Shown piece after piece: positions 59,864 through 64,000 of a stretch of DNA of 64,000 nucleotides. The translations under genes and the position numbers were made by a program. Under the pieces are notes generated by a model. That model was not told the DNA's origin. It made no database searches and saw only the letters and a list, made by a program, of their open reading frames with translations. Origin of the DNA: Cyanophyceae cyanobacterium (GTDB lineage Bacteria > Cyanobacteriota > Cyanobacteriia > Cyanobacteriales > Laspinemataceae); contig JBBQFN010000005.1 in the NCBI GenBank assembly GCA_038321985.1, positions 1 to 64,000 of the forward strand, read 5' to 3'. Each line of letters opens with the position of its first letter. Position 1 is the stretch's first letter.

Positions 59864-60796
59864 TTAACTGACGCTACTGATAATTTCATCATCTACCGAA
59901 AAGTCTATTTCAGCTTGGTCTGAACTGTCAGTTAGATAGTCATTTTCAAAGGAATCTTTTAACCCAGAAATTAGATCAAATTTAGGTTGCCAATTGAGTT
60001 CCTGCACGGCTTTACTGACATCGGCGAAAAAGTGCTGCACTCGCATCGGAAAGGCTTTACGTTTGCCAAAGTCAAATTGTTTGGGGTCGTAATGGATTAA
60101 TTTTACTTCTGATTTTCCTGCTGCTTCTGCACAGGCACGTGCTAATCCGTCAAAGGTGACATAACGATCGCCAGAAATGTTATAAATCTGCCCGATTGCG
60201 GTTTCGTTGCCTAGCACTGCCGCCATTGCATTGGCTAAATCATAACAGTGACCGAGTTGGGTGATATGAAACCCCTTTCCCGGGATTGGAATCGGGCGAT
60301 CGCGCACGATGCGATCAAAAAACCACCCTTCTAAGGGATTATAATTTTGCGGCCCATAAATATAAGTAGGACGGATCGAAGTAAAGGGCAATCCTTGCTG
60401 GGATAAATAGGTTTCTGTATCGTTTTTGCCTTTATGGCGACTTTTTGGGTCAACCGGATCCTCTTCCCGGTGCGGCATTTGATCGGATTTGAGATAGACG
60501 CCTGCGGAACTCATATATATAAAATGTTTAACTTTGCCGTTAAACAAATCAGCCAGAGGTTTGGTGTCGCTGAGTTCCCGTCCGTTATTGTCGAAAATGG
60601 CATCAAATTCTTCGGAGGCGAGTTTCTCGTTCAGTTGAGATTCATCGGTGCGATCGCCGTGAATTTGTTGCAATCCCTCGACTGGGGCGGGTTTATTCCC
60701 GCGATTGAAAAGAACAACTTCATGGCCTTGTTCAACCAGAATTTTAGTCAGATAAACCCCGATAAACCGGGTGCCACCCATCATTAATATCCGCAT
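59864..60796 (-). CDS. NAD-dependent epimerase/dehydratase family, CSP41-like RNA-binding protein
   Basis: GGTRFIG, FDNNGRE, MSSAGVY, DPKSRHKGK, FDFGKRKAFPMR. Confidence 0.9.
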   Translation of the reverse strand: MRILMMGGTRFIGVYLTKILVEQGHEVVLFNRGNKPAPVEGLQQIHGDRTDESQLNEKLASEEFDAIFDNNGRELSDTKPLADLFNGKVKHFIYMSSAGVYLKSDQMPHREEDPVDPKSRHKGKNDTETYLSQQGLPFTSIRPTYIYGPQNYNPLEGWFFDRIVRDRPIPIPGKGFHITQLGHCYDLANAMAAVLGNETAIGQIYNISGDRYVTFDGLARACAEAAGKSEVKLIHYDPKQFDFGKRKAFPMRVQHFFADVSKAVQELNWQPKFDLISGLKDSFENDYLTDSSDQAEIDFSVDDEIISSVS

Positions 60797-60867
60797 AATT
60801 GTTACCCTTTTTTACGGTCAAGGCTTATTGTACCGTAGAAGGCGACAGCCCTTTTTAATCTCCATTC

Positions 60868-61548
60868 CTACAATCCCAAAAGGGTAACCGCGATATTTCC
60901 GGAAAAGCAGACATCAACATCGGTCCCAGGAGTGCGATCGCGCAAACCGTAGACGCCTTCATAATAGTAATACTCCTCTTCAATGCGATATTTAACGGGC
61001 AAGGGTTGAGTTGAGGGTTGACAAAATACGATATTCGGTTCGGGCTCGTCAGGTTCTACAAAAGGTAGGTTTACATTCCAGAATGTGCCTGGTTGAAGAG
61101 GGCGATCAAATAATTCCTGCAAGACGGCGATCGCCAAGTGGGTGCTGCGTTCCCACTCCACAAGGCGTCCTCCCTTACGATATTGGGAAATGGCGACTGC
61201 CGGAACTCCGTGAATGGCGGCTTCCCTGACTGCGGCAACGGTTCCGGAGAGGTAAACATCGATCCCCAGATTGCCTCCGTTGTTGATGCCAGACAGGACC
61301 CAAGCGGCATCGGGACACAGACAAGAAAGGGCGATTCGGGTACAATCAGCAGGTGTCCCCCCGACTGCGTATTCAGTTTCGGACCGGCGATCGACATGAA
61401 TCGGGCGATCGGTAATCACCTGGTGACCACATCCTGATAACCCTTCTCGGGGTGCTACCATTAAGGTTTTGCGATCGCCTACGGCATTCAGGAGGGCTTG
61501 AATACCGGGGGCGTCAATTCCATCGTCGTTGGTTAAAATAAAGGTCAT
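60868..61548 (-). CDS. surE: 5'/3'-nucleotidase SurE
   Basis: ILTNDDGIDAPG, GTPADC, SGINNGGNLG, SGTVAA. Confidence 0.95.
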   Translation of the reverse strand: MTFILTNDDGIDAPGIQALLNAVGDRKTLMVAPREGLSGCGHQVITDRPIHVDRRSETEYAVGGTPADCTRIALSCLCPDAAWVLSGINNGGNLGIDVYLSGTVAAVREAAIHGVPAVAISQYRKGGRLVEWERSTHLAIAVLQELFDRPLQPGTFWNVNLPFVEPDEPEPNIVFCQPSTQPLPVKYRIEEEYYYYEGVYGLRDRTPGTDVDVCFSGNIAVTLLGL

Positions 61549-62006
61549 TAATCTTTTCCTCGGGTTCCTTTCCTGGGGGCGGTCTCTATCAACTTTCCAG
61601 GATACCTGCTATTGTAGCCAACTGCTTTTACTCTCAAGTTGAGGGTGGCAGTCTTTATAAAAACTTATTTCTCTCGAACCTGGGAGGGTTTTTATATCTT
61701 TACTATCCGTGAGTTTAAAACTTTCAGACCCATGCACAGATTTTGTGTTCTATTTAGCGGTGTTTAGAGACCAAAAAGGGATAGAGTAAAGAGGCTAAAT
61801 TTGAGCGGCTTTTTTGAAATCTTCTAATCCACCTCTTGGTCTTCCAAAATTCCAGCGTGAACCCCCCAATCCCCCGTGAGTTCCCCGGACAGTCGCCCTT
61901 TAAAAAGGGGAAGCCAGAGGAATAAATGTTGGCTTCAGGGGGGGCTTTTTAGAATTCTGCAATTCTTCTATTCTTCTTTTCCATTCACTCTCTTACTCCA
62001 CCATCA

Positions 62007-63527
62007 GTGTTAACAAATATGTCATCTGGTCCAACCCTATTAATCCAGCTATCACAGTTGAGTGATGAAACTTTAAAACGCAACTATCTAAACTGTGTGC
62101 AATGGACAGATTCGATTGTGAATGTGTTAGCACAGGTGGCCGATGGCGCGGAAGCAATTCGGGTAGTGAAACTAGGCTTTGAAATTGATTTAAAACTGGG
62201 TACAAAGCTGGCTGGATCGGTTCAGCCCCGGTTTCAGGAGGAAGGGTTAGAATTACTGGATCGTCAGGTATTGCCACCCAAGCTAAAGATTAGACTGTTG
62301 GGAATCAGTGCTTCTAATTCGGCGATTCCTTATTTAGAACAATTTTTAAATGACGAGGATTATCGGATTCGAGAAAATGCGCTGGAAGCGTTAGGGACGG
62401 TCGGTTCTTTACCTGTGGTATTTCCTCTGATTCGAGGGTTAAATGATAAAATGCCCAGCATTCGCCAAAAATCCGCAGAAATCCTGGGAAAATTAGGGTA
62501 TAATACAAGTATTGATGCCCTAATTTTAGCGTTAGAAGACTCGGATCGCATGGTGCCGTTAAGTGTTGCCGAAGCTCTGGGAAAAATTGCTACGCCGGTT
62601 ACTATTAGCGCGCTCAAAAGAGTATTTTACAAGCAAGACTATTCACCGAAGTGGTGGAGTGTGGCGATCGCTTTGGGGAAATTAGGCGATCGCCAAGCCG
62701 TGGATACCATTTTAGGGGCTTTAAATCATTCTGCCACAAATACCCGCATCAGTGCCGCAGATGCATTAGGAGAAATTGGGAATGAAGAAACGATTGATGC
62801 ATTGCTGAACGCTTTAGGAGATAAACATGAATTTGTCCGCACTCGCGCTGCCTATGGGTTAGCTAAAATTGCCAGGGATGAAGTAGTTGAACAAGTGATT
62901 TTAGCATTAAATCATAAACGAGATTTAGTCCGGGAAAGTGCGGCGATCGCCCTGGGGGAAATTGGCACGGCTGCTGCGGAAAATGCCCTCACTGCGGCAT
63001 TGAATGACTCGAATGAATTAGTACAACGGCGCGCCCAACAAGGATTAGATCGTATTCGGCCTGAAATGATTTCTCCCGCCTGTATGGATGAAAACGATTC
63101 AGCACTCCAGCGATCGCCCTCAGTAGATGAACTTCTCCAAAATCTGGGAGAAAGTTCAAGTTTTATCCGCCAAAAAGCAGCTCAAATATTAGGGCAAATA
63201 GGGTCAGATACAGCGGTGGAGTCTTTGCTAAATGTGGCTTTAACCGACAACACTTATTCCGTGCGAAAAACAGCTATAGAAGCATTAGGAAATTTGGGAA
63301 CTTCTCTAGCCGTGGAGGGATTACTTTTTATTTTGAATCAAGGCAACGGGTTAGTGCGTCAGCAGGTAGCGGAAGTTTTCACCCAAGTAGGCCCTGGACA
63401 AATTTTGCCCCTATTGTGGGAGGATTTATTCAGGAATGGAGATTTGTATTTACTCGATGCGATCGCGTCGATTCAAGAACGCTTTAAATATTACAATCCC
63501 TCCTATTGTGACAGCTATTTAACTTAG
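62007..63527 (+). CDS. HEAT-repeat (PBS lyase-like) protein
   Basis: Repeated LnD....VR..AA.ALG.IG units; C-terminal AIASIQERFKYYN. Confidence 0.88.
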   Translation: MLTNMSSGPTLLIQLSQLSDETLKRNYLNCVQWTDSIVNVLAQVADGAEAIRVVKLGFEIDLKLGTKLAGSVQPRFQEEGLELLDRQVLPPKLKIRLLGISASNSAIPYLEQFLNDEDYRIRENALEALGTVGSLPVVFPLIRGLNDKMPSIRQKSAEILGKLGYNTSIDALILALEDSDRMVPLSVAEALGKIATPVTISALKRVFYKQDYSPKWWSVAIALGKLGDRQAVDTILGALNHSATNTRISAADALGEIGNEETIDALLNALGDKHEFVRTRAAYGLAKIARDEVVEQVILALNHKRDLVRESAAIALGEIGTAAAENALTAALNDSNELVQRRAQQGLDRIRPEMISPACMDENDSALQRSPSVDELLQNLGESSSFIRQKAAQILGQIGSDTAVESLLNVALTDNTYSVRKTAIEALGNLGTSLAVEGLLFILNQGNGLVRQQVAEVFTQVGPGQILPLLWEDLFRNGDLYLLDAIASIQERFKYYNPSYCDSYLT

Positions 63528-63557
63528 AAAAAGTCTATTTTTTATCCTTGAAAATTT

Positions 63558-63581
63558 GGGCGCACCAAGGTGCGCCCTTAC
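63558..63581. repeat. REP-like palindrome between convergent genes
   Basis: GGGCGCACC-AA-GGTGCGCCC followed by TTAC. Confidence 0.5.
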
Positions 63582-63617
63582 CGAACAAGCACTCAAGATG
63601 AGGACGGGCAGAATGGC

Positions 63618-64000
63618 TTATAGCCCAGTATAGTTGCGCAGAGCAGTGTGGGTTTTTAATCCAACAACGCCATCGGCTTCTAAACCATAGTCTTTTTGGA
63701 ACTGTTTGATGGCGGCTTCAGTTTCTTCGTTAAAAACCCCATCCATTTTTTGATAATTGAAGTATTTTAATGAGCTTAACTGCCGTTGAACTCTCAAAAC
63801 TGTTCCCCCGGTAGTTCCGAGTTTTACTGTAGGCTGAGTCGTCGGTTCTGGAGTATCGGGATACTCTTTTGCCAAGACAGCTTTTGTTTCGGGACCGACT
63901 ATTCCATCTGGGGTTAATCCGTTTTCTCTTTGAAAATTCATGACGGCGTGTTTGGTAAATTCGCCGTAGTAACCCGATTTTTCAGAGGTAAAATAGCCGA
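63618..64000 (-). CDS. Peptidoglycan-binding domain protein (PG_binding_1 repeats), 5' end outside window
   Basis: GYYGEFTKHAVMNFQRENGLTPDGIVGPET and DGVFNEETEAAIKQFQKDYGLEADGVVG; frame open to the window edge. Confidence 0.88.
   Translation of the reverse strand, partial: GYFTSEKSGYYGEFTKHAVMNFQRENGLTPDGIVGPETKAVLAKEYPDTPEPTTQPTVKLGTTGGTVLRVQRQLSSLKYFNYQKMDGVFNEETEAAIKQFQKDYGLEADGVVGLKTHTALRNYTGL

Larger units (their letters stand above)
1..64000. repeat. Dispersed HIP1 octamer GCGATCGC
   Basis: Dozens of copies, dense in core genes (e.g. clpC, cobT, 54-57 kb, 58-61 kb), sparse in the polysaccharide cluster. Confidence 0.95.

Overview
Cyanobacterial chromosomal segment, probably from a filamentous Oscillatoriales-type genome (frequent HIP1 octamer GCGATCGC, phycobiliprotein lyase, CPP1-like and CSP41-like genes). 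0.3-3.1 kb: a small secreted-type peptide with a D/N-rich repeat tail, followed by a JmjC 2OG/Fe(II) oxygenase and a convergent nucleotidyltransferase. This is the best candidate for an undescribed peptide-modification system. 3.7-8.2 kb: clpC, a CPP1-like gene and an SDR. 9.5-37 kb: a large mosaic Wzx/Wzy/Wzc-type polysaccharide cluster with nine GT-B glycosyltransferases, five methyltransferases, two intact sulfotransferases plus one pseudogene, an acetyltransferase, an embedded RTX-repeat protein, an internally deleted IS5-family remnant and a MITE-like repeat. 37-64 kb: mostly core genes (pgeF, birA, M23 peptidase, riboflavin synthase, DUF151, aldo/keto reductase, PotD-like, CpcS-like lyase, cobT, Crp-family regulator, priming sugar transferase, pgsA, CSP41-like, surE, HEAT protein), plus an acidic coiled-coil protein paired with an actin/Hsp70-fold protein. 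No rRNA, tRNA or CRISPR array was recognised. All calls come from reading motifs by eye; no database searches were run.
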